This document shows, piece by piece, positions 25,401 to 40,400 of a stretch of DNA of 64,000 nt (positions within the stretch are counted from its first letter, which is position 1; each line of letters starts with the position of its first letter). A model generated the notes under the pieces. It saw only the letters and a program-made list of their open reading frames with translations, ran no database searches and was not told where the DNA came from. Source of the DNA: Ruditapes philippinarum (taxonomy: Eukaryota); NCBI RefSeq assembly GCF_026571515.1, contig NW_026867216.1, positions 1-64,000 on the forward strand. The letters run 5' to 3'. Both the position numbers and the translations under genes were made by a program.

Positions 25401-28400
25401 CTGCAGCTGACTGTGGCTTTGAAATTCTTCCCCATCCCCCATATTCTCCAGACTTGGCCCCCTCTGACTTCTACCTGTTTCCTTAACTGAAAACCAAGCC
25501 TCGTGGTAGACGTTTTGCAAGCAATGAAGGTGTCATGGAGGCGGCCAATGAGTTCCTTGAGGACCAAAATAGAGAGTTCTATTTTCAACTTGGAGCACAG
25601 GTGGGCAAAGTGCATTGATGTAGAGGACTATATTGAAAAGTAAGACCATTAGTTGGGTTCTCTGACTACCGGAAGAACTGTTTGATCAATCCTCGTAATA
25701 GCTAAGAGTATATTTGAGTGTAACTAAATAGAATGTTAGTATTTGCATAATTATAAAACATCTACATATAATGAGTGGATATTTATTGCACTAGTATTTG
25801 ACTTCTTTCTATAAACACATTCTTATCAGAAAAAAGTAATACCTTCCGATTTTGATGAAAAGGGGTTACACTGGCTGCCTTTTGGAGCGATGAAATTTAG
25901 ACCGTCCCCTTTTGCACAGTCGATTTCTAGACGAGATTTTCTCCATTCCTCCTCGCAGAAATCCTGTACAATAGAAAAATAGTTTAACCTGGTCAAAAGA
26001 TTTTAAATTACACACACAAAAATTACGAATAAGGTGTTGGAAAAGATAGATGGAGAAAAAAAAACTAACTTTATTTATTTATTTTTTAAATTCCTACTTC
26101 GATTTTTATTTATTTATGTTTTTTTTAATGGTGTACTGCATGGATGCGTAAATCTGTAAAACACCTTTCATATCACCTATCAGAATAATGAAAACTAATT
26201 GTGGTTCAAATAATATATGTTTTGTTTTATATTTTCTGCTCTATTCACTGTTGTCATTACATATGCTTTAGTTTCTTGTTGCTACAAAGTCTTTTGTTAA
26301 ATGTATTTGCTAATCATAATAAAGCTTTAGTTATGTTATGTTTTTAGTTCTGTTCATTGTGTAAAATACCATTATTATGGGATTATATGCCTGTAAAGGC
26401 CTATGATTGTATGTTATTATATGTCTGTAATGGCCCATGACTGGAAATATAATTTATTATTTTCAATACCACAGACTAAGAACATTTCAGTTATTGACAA
26501 AATATAATTTATAAATTAATAAACAACAATACAAAAAGAGTTTAATTGAACAGAGGAAAAGAAAAAAAAATAACCAAGACTTGCTTATTTCAAATACCTA
26601 TTATAATTCTGCACGAAAAGTACGTGTATGCCATTTTAAGTAAAAAAATCAATAATAATTACAATTAAAGGCAAAACAATCTAAACAAACAAAGAAAAAG
26701 AAAAAACATCTTCAGAGGTATATTTAACAAACGATTACAATGTGTATATAATGTATTTCTAGCTGCATATATTTTTACGGTTAAACGTCACGACGTCAAT
26801 AAATATTTTACCTCATTTGTTAGTTTGTTCAACGTCCGGAAGCTAAATCCACCGTTAATTGGACATGTGATCACCTGACGTCTCCATGGAGCTGTACGAA
26901 AAAGAAAATGAACTGTTTACAGATACATTTCAATTAATAGACCGTAATTTCAACTATTTTTCACCATGCTTATAGTATCTCTATGTCTGAAGATAATGTA
27001 AAATCAATTGTAAAAATTGTAAAATATTAAGCAAAAGACTTCATGATTTGCTTATATATATGCTTTGCCTGGTAAAGCAAAAATAAACAAAATAACAATT
27101 TACCGATCCATGGCCACTCTTTCAATTGTAATTGTCGTTCATCACATAAATTTTTATCATTGAATTTACTCTTCTTGCCTGAAATTGGAAAAGGGCATAG
27201 ATGTGATAAAATTGAAATGCAAAAAGATTTTACATTAAGAAAAATAATCACTTATGATATGAAAATTTGATTATCACAATCATTGCACTCACTTTTTTTA
27301 AATATGCATGCCTTTGAATAATGATTTTCTGTCAAAATACTGATATATTCTTCTTTTTAGCTATTTTAAGTATAGAAACAAGAATTTTAAAAATACCTTC
27401 CATGATCTGGACGACATTTGTGCTTCTCTGAATAAACTTGACACACAGAAAATATGGACCTCTGCAATGAATGTGGAAGAAAGAAAGAATATTAAAAGAT
27501 TGGTAAAGTAAAGACAAAAAAGGAAGTGTCTCGTTTTCATGTGCTGATTAAAATTTAGTATGGGACATGCTTGATCCTGGGAAGTTGCCAAATCCATTTG
27601 CTTTATGTTATATACTTTTCATTTGTATAATATTTTACATGTTTGTGCCGCAATAAAATATGTTAAAATAGTAATTTAATAAATAAATTAATTTCGTATG
27701 CTGATTAATATAAAAATATAACATTGGTATGGGAAGGCTTAATCCTGGGAAGGGCTTAATCTAATGTTGACCAACTCATTTGCTTCATGTTATATACTTT
27801 TCATTTGTATATATTTACATGTATGTGCTGCAATAAATATGTGTTCAAACTAAATGTGACAGTAATCTAATAGATAAATTAATGCAATAGATAAAACATC
27901 GCGCACTTAAATAGTTTCACTTGTGCAAGGTATCAACACCTAAGCTGTATCTAAAATGTAAACGTCTATTTCGCATTCAACCAGATTAATAATCAGTGCC
28001 TGGATTTTTATAAATTGAAGTATATTACACGTAGATACCTCCGAACTCAAACAGAAACTTCAATTTCAATTTGAATGTAAAAGGAAAATAACTAATTTAA
28101 TGTCACACATTTACATAAGACGTTCTCTCAGAGCGTTCCCGCAGCTTACTTGATGAGGCGTTTGGGATTGCGAATGTTAACAGAACTGTCAAAGAATTGA
28201 GTGGAGTAATGAAATATTAAACACACTGTGTCCAGACGATAGTGTGTGACTGCTCTTCATCTCGTGCAAGAGTCGAGTAATAATCACAATGTGGTATTAT
28301 TACGAGACTCCATGTTTCGTGACCAGAGTGCTTCGCGTTTCTCGCGTAGGGTTATTAGTGTTGCGATATTGCGATAGCAAGTTTGATATACCAATATCAC

Positions 28401-31400
28401 GTGAATAATGTAGTCGGAATTATCAATGACATTGAGTTTTACCGTCCATCCGACTGTCTGTCCGTCCGTCTGTTTGTCTGTTATGATTTCTACAGTGTAT
28501 CTTCTTTATCCTACTTAATTACTATAACTTTACCTTGGCCATGATAACTTTCATTTAAATCATCAAGAAATTATGTAAATACTATAATACTATAACAGAG
28601 TCGACACATGTCTTGTGCTTGATCAAAACGCGTCTTTTAGTCGTTTTCAAGGGCAGGCGTTATCGAAACAGGTCGTGGGGGTAGGGTAAGAAACTCTTAA
28701 GTGTAATCGTTGTAAAACGCGTATTACATAACAAAACTATTCAAAACTTATGTAGACAGGACTGATTTAAAGAAAATATGAATGCTAGAGGCATTTTATA
28801 GTACAAGTAATATCTGGAGTGTTTTAACCTAATATGGGTATGCTGAAGACGATGAGGGTGGATACCAAGAAAATAAAATTGACCTTAACCTTCAAAAGGT
28901 CAATTCAAAATGGCCGCTTGAAAATACTAAAATAGGTCATTAAAACTATGATACAATATGATGCAATTAATTATTCTTGTCAAAATCAAATGATTATTCA
29001 ATATGATAAGATTTTAATGAGATTGGCCACCAAATTTAGCGATTATAAGCATATATTTCGTAATTAAGATTTTATATTTCGTTAAAACGAAATAATATTT
29101 CTAATTGGGAATTATTATCCCGTAAAATCGAATTCAATTTAGGGAGAAAAATGTAGAAAATGTCACTTCAGGTGTTCTGTAATTTTCAACATTATTTGTA
29201 GCTATGATTTTTTAAGTTGTTCATTTTGTTTTCATATATTTTGCACTTGGTTTAAAATAAATATTTAAATTTTTTTGTTTTGAAATGTCAAAAAATGTCA
29301 TTTCAATGCCATAAACACAACACAAACCGAGACAAAAAATGTTTAAGAATATATACTGCGCCCCCCCCCCCCCAAAAAAAAAACACCAAAAAAACAGGTT
29401 TTAAAAAAGGCAACAGTAGGAATCGAACTATAGACCTCTCATACATCAGTCAATCACTTAACCGGCTGTGCAACTACAGAAGTAACGATGACGTTTACAT
29501 TTTTAGCAGATATGACTTTCACTAATATTAGTTTTATAGTTTTTTATTTTATCCTTTAAATGGATTACTGTTTATCCATGAAAATTATATTTAATAATTT
29601 CACAGTGAAAAATTATGAATATATAATTTTACACTTTTCAATGACAAAACTACTTTCTTAAGATTTTCCCCATGTGGTACCTCAATTTATTTTTGCTGAC
29701 AATTCTGACAATGTCAGGCTGTTTCGAGAAAAGCAAAGCTGAAATTGATAAATAACTTAAATGTCAAAAGTAATAAAAAGAAGAAAACTTACTTCTATTC
29801 ATCTTAATTACCAATCAGGTAATATCGTCTCTAAATTTTTTGTTTGTTTTATTTTTACAGTCTGAAAAATACATTCCTCCCACATGCAAAACTGCTCTTG
29901 ATGACATTTGGGCATATTTAAGTTTACCATCTTGTTTAAAAATAAGTGACTATTTAATTTGAAATTTAAAGTTAAAGTTAAAAACAAAAACAACAATAAC
30001 AACACCATATTTTCATCGAGTCAGAAAAATGTCTGAAACCGGAGATTGCTACGTGTGTTTGCTATACAATGGCAGCTCTCGAAAATTTTGGAATTCAGTC
30101 ACGGTTTTGAGAAAATTCTACAAGAAGATTATCAACATCATTCCGGGTACCCTCCAATAAATTTCCAGGAATATCTTAAAGTAACAGCAAAGTTATTTAT
30201 ACAAATATTACTTGTAAAAAAAAATGGAGTAATATTTTCTTTGACCATATATAAAAGTCACGTGGGTTGACTACATAGTAGAGGTGTTAAAATATAATTG
30301 TAATACACCTTTTGTTAGCCATTGAAATAGTATTTTATGTATAAAGGATTTTCAAAAATGGTTATTATTCAGAGCGGGCGCAATGGTGCAGTGGTAACAC
30401 TGTCTGCCTACAAATCAAGGGGTCGTGAGTTCGATCCCCCGCTACTCCACTGAACGAATAAATGACTACAAGATTGACAAAACCAGGACATAGACACAGA
30501 ATGACGGTAACGATAGAAACAAGAAAAAACCTTAACGGAACAGGAAACAAGTACCAAAAGTACAAGACCGAAGACGACGACCGATAACAGAAGGAAGAAC
30601 CGAGACAAGGACTGACAACAAGCGAACAAAAACGAGAACCGCTAACAGAGACAGAGACCTATAACAGAAGTACTGTCAACAAGCAAAAATATACGTCGAC
30701 CGATAGAAAAAAGAAAAACCCTTAACGGAGCAGTAAACAAGTATCGAAAGTACAAGGCCGACGACGACCGATAACAGAAAAACAGAGACAAGGACCGATA
30801 ACAGAAGACCTGACAACAAGAGACCTGACAACAAGCTAACAGAGACGTCGACCAATAACAGAAAAACAGAGACAAGGACCGATAACAGAAGACCTGACAA
30901 CAAGAGACCTGACAACAAGACAACGGAGACGGGGATCAATAACAGAAAAACACAGACGAGGACTGCTGACAGGAGAATAGAGACGGGGATCGATAACAAA
31001 GACGCAAACCGATGACAGAAGAATTGACAACAAGAAAACGGAGACCAGGAGTAATTACAGAAGAAAAGAAAAGAGACGAGAACCGATGACAGAATAACGG
31101 AGGCCAAAGACGAGAACCGATAACAGAAGAACGAAGACGACGACCAATAACAGAAAAACAGAGACGTGACCCGATGACAGAATAACGAAGAAGAACAAAG
31201 ACGTCGACAAGAACCGATAACAGAACAAGACAGGAACCGATAACAGAAGAACTGACAACAAGACAACGGAGACAGGGATCGAAAACAGAATAATATACAC
31301 GAGGACTGATGACAGAAGAATTGACAACCTGAAAACGAAAACACAGGACTGATTACAGAAGAAAAGAGACGAGAAGGGATGACAGAAGAACGGAGAAGAA

Positions 31401-34400
31401 CGAAGACGAGAACCGATAACAAAAAACGAAGCCGACGACCGATAACAAAAAAAAAACAGAGACGAGAACCGATAACAGAACATCTAACAACAAAACAACT
31501 GACAGGACCGATTACAGAAAAACGAAAGTCACGACATAACAGAAGAACTGACAGCAGAGAAATGCGAAGAGAACCGATAACAGAAGAACGAAAGTCACGA
31601 CCAATTATAGAGGAACTGACAGCAGAGAAATGCGACGAGAACATATAACAGAAGAACGAAGACGACAACCGATAATAGAACACCAAAACCCAAGAGTACT
31701 CAGAGAAATTAATTAATGTATATTTTGCATGCACACGTTTTAACCCCCTTTTACGCTGTGTAAAAGTATGCATCTGACTAGCCACTCTATATGCGTTCAT
31801 AGAGTCCCAGATAAAATACATGAAAGCTCTATATCTAGCAGATAGGACAGGAAAGAGTGTAGTGTTCGCTGCGTAAATGCCTTTAAGATTTCAGTACTAT
31901 CTTTAATATTATTTCTATATTACTATTATATTGGCATTTAGAAAAATGTATGCCATCTTGGATTTTCGGCCATATTGGATTTGTTTTTTTACATGCTTTG
32001 TGACACCCCAGTTACACAGAGCCATCGGTGATTGATCGGTAGTTTTTTTAGCCAAATTATGGAGTGAACCGATGACAACGTATTTATCACCGACATCACC
32101 TATTGGTCACCTGTTTTCCACCTATCAACTGCTATTGGGGAAAGATAAGTTTCGTCGGTGAAAAATTACCGGTTGGGATTTTTAAACACGTTTAAAATTC
32201 TCGATCGGTGAAAATATTTTAAAAATTACCGACGGCAACCTATATCACGAGATGTGCAAGCTCTTAATCACCGATATCGCCGATCGGACAAAGATAACAA
32301 AATATGAATCACCGGCCATATCTGACGGAAAATGTTTAACCACTGATGACTAGCTATCAAACACCGATTAATCAGCGTTACGCCCGATTTACAAGCGATA
32401 AAAATCAAAAGTATTTCAGCATTTAATCATCGACCCATTCCCGTTTGAGTTTGCTTTCTGTCACCGATGGCCGTTTACACAGAAAACCAGAAATAAAATC
32501 ACGCATGACAACCGATCATAATAGCGAGTCAATTTAAAATTAAATGACCGATTGGGGACCGACCGTCTGTGTAACTGGGCCATGACAAATTTCAGGCTTT
32601 TCCTTTCCTTAAAAGTTTTATTTGATCTATCATCCATTTATGATAAAGAAATTTGGCGGCCATTTTAGTGGTCATTTTAAATGGCCATTTCACTGGTCAA
32701 GATCAAGTTTTTCAATTTGGTATCCACCTTTATCGGATTCAGCATACCTTAAATAGGTAAAATACACCAAGATACCACTTGTACTACAAAATGCCTCTAG
32801 CATCTTATAAGGAGCCAAACTCTCAAAATCAGTCCTGTCTAATGCAAACATATGCTGGTAATCCATTGACTTTTCAAGAGCATTTTAGCACATGACCATT
32901 GCAAGTTACATATTTTAAGTCTGTCCAGCCGATGAAAGTAACAGCACTGTTAGGTTATAATAAAGTGAACCTTGTCGTATGATCATTGTGAATTTATGCA
33001 TTTTTATATAACATAAAAACTATATTGAAATAAACACTCAGTCCGCTTCCTTGACTAAATATTTAATATGAAAATTGGCAAGCCTATAAACGGGGATGTC
33101 AGATAAGATAATTTCGTTATTTTTTTTTTATTTTACATTTTCGTTTTAAAGGTGTCATTCGGTATTTCATGCACCGAAAAATGCGACTGTTCCGTTTTCG
33201 GAAAACCTCGCCAATTATCATTGAGTCTTAAGCCGGGCATGTCAAAGCCTATGACATCCCCGTATCATAAACGTGATATTGAATCAAATGCAGTCAGAAG
33301 TCATGAGTATAAAAATCATTATTTCGTTTAACAAAGCTATAAAGTAAAACGTTAATTAATCAAGTGTTTGGTTCGCTTACCCTTCTGATCCATATTCTAT
33401 GACTTTGAAATGATCGAATCTCTCTTCAGTTAAACATGTTCGGTTATGTAGATTTGTTTTCTCTGAGCAACTCCCTTGTATACCGGAAGTTGCTCTGTAA
33501 TGAACGTGTCTTGACTTCCGGTCACATGGCCATCGATTCTTTGTGCTTTGACTCCATATTAGTGAACCATGCACAAAAACTTCTTGCATTTGTCTTACTT
33601 TTGGCTCGTGTCTTAGGTTGAGTAATGACACCTGTGTTGTCCAAGGCATTGGAGATCCTGATTCGTCTATAGGACTTTGTATATATTCTGGGAATGTGCA
33701 TTCTGTGGTAGCTACTGAAATGAATTAAAATTAGATTAAATTGTGAAGATAAACAACAACTGTAATTGTTATTATTGATTTGCTTGTATATTTTGGACCT
33801 GATGCATTTATTTACAAAACACGCCCATACGAATATGTTGAATAAGACTTTAGAAAAGGAGTTGAAGTTGGCAAAAACAAACAACTTGAGCATGCAGCGA
33901 TTAAAGTGACATTATACCCATGCAAGGGTATTTGATGAACGAGTAATGAATGAGCAGGTGAGAAACAAAAGTTAGCATTTTGACATAATTCTTTTCAATG
34001 TTATGATTTTCTTCGCATTAACGACTAAACACAGTGGCTAAAGAAAATTTCTGTAATTATCCTTTGGAAATAACCTGTAAAAATAAAACGTGTTGGACTG
34101 TCTTTTTTTTATATTTTAGGCTTCCTTAACTTTTACCAATATCAACAACTTTTGCATAATCACCATTTCAAGAATTTATCTTTTGAATTAATTATATAGT
34201 CAATTTGACAATGAAAAAAAATGAGCACAATGTCACCTTAAAGAGAGAAACCCTGATTCATTGCTGATTGGTGTGTAGGTATGAAAGCTTTGTGCTACAC
34301 ATTATCAGCAGAAGTTTCAGTCTTCTCTTCAAATAAGAATAAAGGCTTCTGTTTGCAATTATTATAAAAATGTTTACAAAAACATCTTCTTATATCTCAA

Positions 34401-37400
34401 GTTTATTCTATCCACAATGCGCGATGGCACATGATGTCAAACGGTGATGTCTAGATATCTGATGAAGGCTATTTAAAGAATTTGTTGACATTGTCATCAT
34501 TTTATGAATCGATCCTGTCACGCCAAACAATACATTCTCTCTTTAAATTGTAATTAATTTAATGAAATCTCTCCTGCCAATGTTATAGCTCAGTTAATTT
34601 GAGTTCATGATATCTACCAAAGTTTGAACTAAACAATTTAAACAAAAACAACCACAACCATAAAAACAGTTTCAAGTTTCAAGTTTCAAATTTATTAGCA
34701 TCACCAGCAAATCAATTGCCTTTGGCCATTTACAAAGAAAACACATGAAGTATGGCAAAGACATACAATACAGAATAGTATAATAACAATACAAATTCAT
34801 ACAAACAAAAACTTTCATGAAACAGTTAAAGTTTCAAGGGTATATTTACGCAAATTCAAAAGCTTCTTTAATAAATTTCGATAATAAAATCAGTTTCTTT
34901 TTGCTGTTACAAGACATAATACTATTAAATTTATTCAAGGAGGCCATGATATGTTACCAAGGATATTCTGTCGAATTTGAGAGTATTTTGTACAACATAG
35001 GAGAAAAATGATATTCGGTTTCCTGTTACATTTTGATTACAACATTTTTACATAGACGATTTTCTCTATCTAATCTACTATATCTGCCTAGTTCTACCTC
35101 TAAATTGTGTGAACAAAAGTCTTAAACATGTAAATTGTTTTCTATGCATATCACTGGTAATCTTATCTAAATAAGTTTCATAGCTAAATGTTATTTTTAA
35201 ATTGTCTGTAAAAATCTAAATTTAGATATATTATTTAACGATGTATTCCATTCTTGTATAAACTGATTCACGTAATGTTCTTTTTAAACAGAGGAAAATA
35301 ATTCATACTTGTATCGAAGTTAAGTCTTATATGCGAATATCCAAGGTGATCTAAAATGGAATGAATGCGACTTGCCCAACAAGAAATATTTACATTGTTG
35401 CATTGGTCAATATAAGCAATTAAAAATAGGCATGTTTACAGAATTTTTAATTTTCAACCAGTATTTGAGTGCTCTCTCTTTTGCAACAATAGACAATGGA
35501 AATATCCCTAATTCCATAAATTGCCATATTTGGTGTCTGTTTACGTACTCCTAACAAATATTTTTAAAAATCTTATATGTAGTTTATCTACTTCTTTGAA
35601 ATTGTAAACACCCCAAATTTCCGATCCATAAAGCAAAATAGGTACAACCATAGAATTAAAAAGTTGTAATTTGGTTTTGATATCTAATTTAACTCTATCA
35701 AAAATAAACATCAGATTATGGTATGCCTTAAGGGCCTGGTCTGACAACGATTTAACTGCATTTAGAAGATTTCCAGTGTATGAGAATTTAACACCTAGAT
35801 ATGTGAAATTATCAACAATTTCAATATTTTCATTATTTATAAAAAAGACGTTATTATGATCAGTTCTTCTCTTTTCAAAACACACACTTTTTGTCTTATT
35901 TACATTGACTTTCAAACCCCACTTTAACGAGTAATCATATATTTTGTCTAACTGTGCCTGTAAACTATTAGGATCAGTTGTGAACAGTACAATGTCGTCT
36001 GCAAAAAAGTATCATATACATAGATAATAGCTCTAGATCTTTATTAGTCATTGCATTTATATCAATATTTGCAGAAATATCATTTATGAAAAGTATGAAT
36101 AGCAAAGGAGACAATGGTTCTCCCTGTTTCAAACCCAACGTTACATCGAAAAAATCTGACATAGACATACTAGAAGATATTTTCACACAACATTTTACAT
36201 TACTATATATATTTCTAATCATGTTAATCATTTTACAGCTAACGCCAGATTGAAGTAGTTTTATCCATAGCTCATCTCTCACAACAGTGTCAAATGCCCT
36301 TTGGTAGTCGATAAAAGCGCACCAAAGTTTTTCCTTTTTCGATAAAACTTTTTGAATAACAGTATGTAGCAAAAAAATGGCGTCAGCTGTAGAACGATTA
36401 TCACGAAAGCCAAATTGTTCATCACAGAAAATATTTTCTTCTTCACACCATTTATTTATTCTGTTCCTAAGCGTTAAAGAGAAAATTTTGGCTATAACAT
36501 AAAAACAGTAAGCTGCAGTTATTTCAAACAGCAAAACGTGAATATTAATTATTCAACATTGCATGTATCATAAATAATAAGTTCATCACTGAATTTTCTA
36601 CTTTTCTTAAAGTGACATTTTGCCCATGCAAGAGTAAATGGTTGAGTGTCCAGGTATTATTAAAATAACTTTATATTTTGTCTTATTTATTTTCAATTTT
36701 ATAATAATCGTCACCTGAGTAATTAATGGACCACATAAAATGTCTATAAATGTCCTTTGGAAATTATGGTTTGTGTGGGTCAGTCTTTTTATATTTTAGG
36801 CAGGTTTTATATTTTATCCCAAACATTTATAACTATCAAGCATTGTTCAATCACCATTAAAATAGTCAACTTTTTGAAATATTCAACTAGTTTATTTCAG
36901 CTTGACAGTGAAAAACTGAGCAGAATGTCACATTTATAAGAACATGTAGATTTAAAACGGATTCTTTTTAATTCTGCTAGATTCAAAGTCAGTCTGAATT
37001 TTATCATTCAGTAAGATTGTGACTTTATAATTGTTTGTGTTTTCGGATTTTAGGGACAAATTCAGTGTAGATATTTGTCTGTAGAATAACTTCTTATCCC
37101 GGTCTGGAAAAAAAATCCACCGCCATAACTTTGACAAATGAACCTCAACAAGAAAGCTGACATAACTCAATTATAGATGTATATTTTCCAAGTATAGTTA
37201 ATTATATATAGTTAAAACGAAATAAAAGTTGTAGCATGTAATCGATAACAAGAAGGAAGTTATTTGATCTGATTATGTTTGTTTTCATAATTACAAGCAA
37301 TATCTTGATCAAGTAATTATTTACGACACTAACTTGTTCTTAATGTTTAGTCATATTTTCTTAACATTTTAAACATTTGGATTTTCTTTGTCTTCGTGTC

Positions 37401-40400
37401 TGATTTGTAAATAAAGGGATTCTTTGTTGACTTATAATGAATTTTTGTTTATATTTCTGTACAAATGCATCATTTTGAAACATGTTGCTTTATAACTTGT
37501 ACTATAAATTCGACTTACTTTTGATTATGGTAGGCAGGATATTTTGTAAATTGGTACGAAAGACCGGTAGGGCCATTACAACTTCATGAATTCACAATTC
37601 TAACTTCGTGAATTCCTTTTTGTATGCTTGACAAAAAATGTTAATATATTTTTACCTGTTTCTCTTATCATTATGTAAAAAAAAATTCTACTGAAAACAT
37701 AACATTTTTTTTGCATTTTTATTACAATATTCTTAATTATAAAACGACTCTGTAACTTGACTGTCGGCTACCTTATCTGATCTGGTGACCTTGTGAAATA
37801 AGTTTTCTAGCATTTGCAAACAATGGGTACAAACGGAAAGGCATACGGAGTACAATTTACAAATAATATACAAATTGATATAAAGTACATTAGAAAACAT
37901 AATATAAAGTAAAACTCATCGAGAGGTATGAAAATATAAAAATAAATCCCGTATTTCTGTTTATACATGTGCTCTTTGACCTATAAATTAAAATGACTTG
38001 TCTTAAATCCGGAAAAATACCAATGAAAATACACAAAATATGTTTCACCACAGTGAAAAATAACCTTTCAGTGAAAATACAGAAAATGAAAATATGAATT
38101 ATATTTCATCAAAACTTATTCATATTTTATTTATAAGCATATAATAAAAAGTACAATTTGTATGAAAATACAAACTTTTATAAAACACACACTTTTTTTA
38201 TAGAGTAAAAACAAATAAATATAAAGTGAATTCAAAATTCTGTAAAATTACGAACTACGTGTAACTAATATAAAGTACAAACTATTATAAAGTACAGACA
38301 TATTATAAAAGTACTAACTAATTCAGAAAACAAAACATGAAATCTCATTTCAGTTATATTTTTCCAGCTCTATGATTGTTAACTAACCCAGATCCGTATT
38401 GTTATCGAAAACCAATTAGCTATCTTGGCAAGAACTCTGTCAATAATTCGGTCTTGTTCAATGAAATATTAGTAGCATTAACTGAATTACGAGCAAAGAT
38501 TGCTCGATGTAACTCGTGCTGATTGCTCTAATAGAGATAGAAGAAAAAGGGTGAAATTGACATGTTACACATATCAATCATACAATCATTTTTTTTAAAA
38601 CGCTTCCTCAATAGAAAGAAATGATGAAACGTTAAAATTCCAGGAAGTTAGAGAGAAGACATTCTTTATAAAATAGAAAGCAAAATATGCCGTCTTGACC
38701 CTTAAATTGCTGAATTTCTTAAACTGTCTTGTCCATCGTTTCTAGATTTTGGAGCAGGCCATTATTAATTTAAAAGATAACAAGATGAAAACCTCAAGGT
38801 AATAAGTCATTAGTATAGATAAACGGCACTGATGTGTTGGTTGGCTTGGCAAAAAAAGCGAAGCAACTTCGGTTTCAGCAGTAAGATTTCTCAAAATTAC
38901 AATTGATTAAATAAATTAGTTTTAAGTTACAATTTGCCCAATCATGTGTAAATGGTCAATCAAAGTATAAATGGTCAGTGAGCAGCAGGTAAAAATAAAA
39001 AAATAACTTGACATTTACCCATAATTGTATTCAATCTAATATTTTACTATGAATCAAAATCAATCATTCACGTGACAAACTATTGTTTAGAATGTATCGG
39101 TAACGCTATATTCTTAAAATGATCGGGGTAGTCTTTTTATAATTTAGGTTGTTTTACATTGTATCATATACCTTTTCCAATATCAATTATTGGTCAGTCC
39201 TCATTATTATGGCCAATCTTTGAATATTATATTATATTACTAATTCATTTCAACTTGACAGTGAACAAAAATGAGCAAATTGTCACTTTGTATCTATATA
39301 GCATTGGCGTTTGAGTCGTCTATTTTTAACTTATAAATCAGAATTACTTTGATTTTTAAGCTACTTTAATTTTGATATTTGTTAATTCATTTTTACAAAA
39401 ATGTACAGATTATAATCAGTTATTTTATTCTGTTATGGCTAAATTACCATATTTAAACATATTAAAGTTTGTAACAGACAGTGATTGGTCCTTATTAAAT
39501 CTCAAGGATATAAAATCCCTTACTTTACCATATGATACTTTCACGTTCTAAATTTTGTAGAGGAAACACAATTTTGTTTTAGTTGAATCTTTGTCCTTTG
39601 AAGGAAAATCAACACAGATACTTTCAAGTCAGGTCGCAACGGACACAAAAACTTTTGATAAATCTTGTTTGAAAACATCTGTAAAAAATCCCTTTCTGTC
39701 AGCCTGTTATAAAGGTTGATTTTAAGACATTTGTAGCATAATCATAAAGTATTAATCATAACATATGTCGTATTTTGACATATGACATTTAAATATGGTA
39801 CTCATTTTGCAATTATGACCAGTTGATTACTTTTTTCATATCAGGATGTTTCTAATATTCTGAAATTGCAATGTCTTTGTTCTTGAAAATGGCCCCATAC
39901 AAACAATACAAATGGTATAAAACAAAACAGGAAGAACTTCGACAACAGCAGATGTTGATTACTATTTCGTTCTTCTAAGCCTCATTGAACTGGTGTAAAA
40001 ACAAGCCTTTGTAAACACTTTAAATACTTCAAGCATAATCTGCTATCGTCAGCTCATATGACAGACAATGTAAGCAATTACTCTTTGGTCTTTAATAAGT
40101 CTGCAATAGATCTTCTGTTATTACTTAATTGAAAACTTGACAAGAGTTAAAGTGATTTGTATCGGAAAAAGGAAAGCTACTTCATTGACAAGAATGATAC
40201 TTGCCATTGATTAGAAGAGATAGAGGCTCACAAATTATTCATGTGTCGAACATGTTTGAAATATTAACCAAGCCAACAATTATCGCCACTCTGGTAATTA
40301 AAGATTGTAGCATACAATAGGTAGGTGATCAATCATATTTTAAAAGCGTGTCGTCTTAAGCATTCAATGTTTAACGTGAAGCACTTAAGGACAATTTTAG

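Larger units (their letters stand above)
28753..32841. mobile_element. 4.1-kb non-autonomous DNA transposon with imperfect ~170-bp inverted ends, possibly Academ-like
   Basis: TAGACAGGACTGATTT and AAATCAGTCCTGTCTA, subterminal ATGCTAGAGGCATTTT(A/G)TAGTACAAGT match. ATG flanks both ends (28750-28752, 32842-32844); a TA-TSD reading is also possible. Confidence 0.8.

Noticed and set aside
30375-30449. tRNA-Val(TAC) gene
   Set aside because: Anticodon, T and acceptor stems are mismatched; it is the head of a repeat.
30676-31821. 381-aa minus-strand ORF and overlapping ORFs
   Set aside because: Translation of a low-complexity VNTR whose minus strand is A-poor and so lacks stops; no domain signal.
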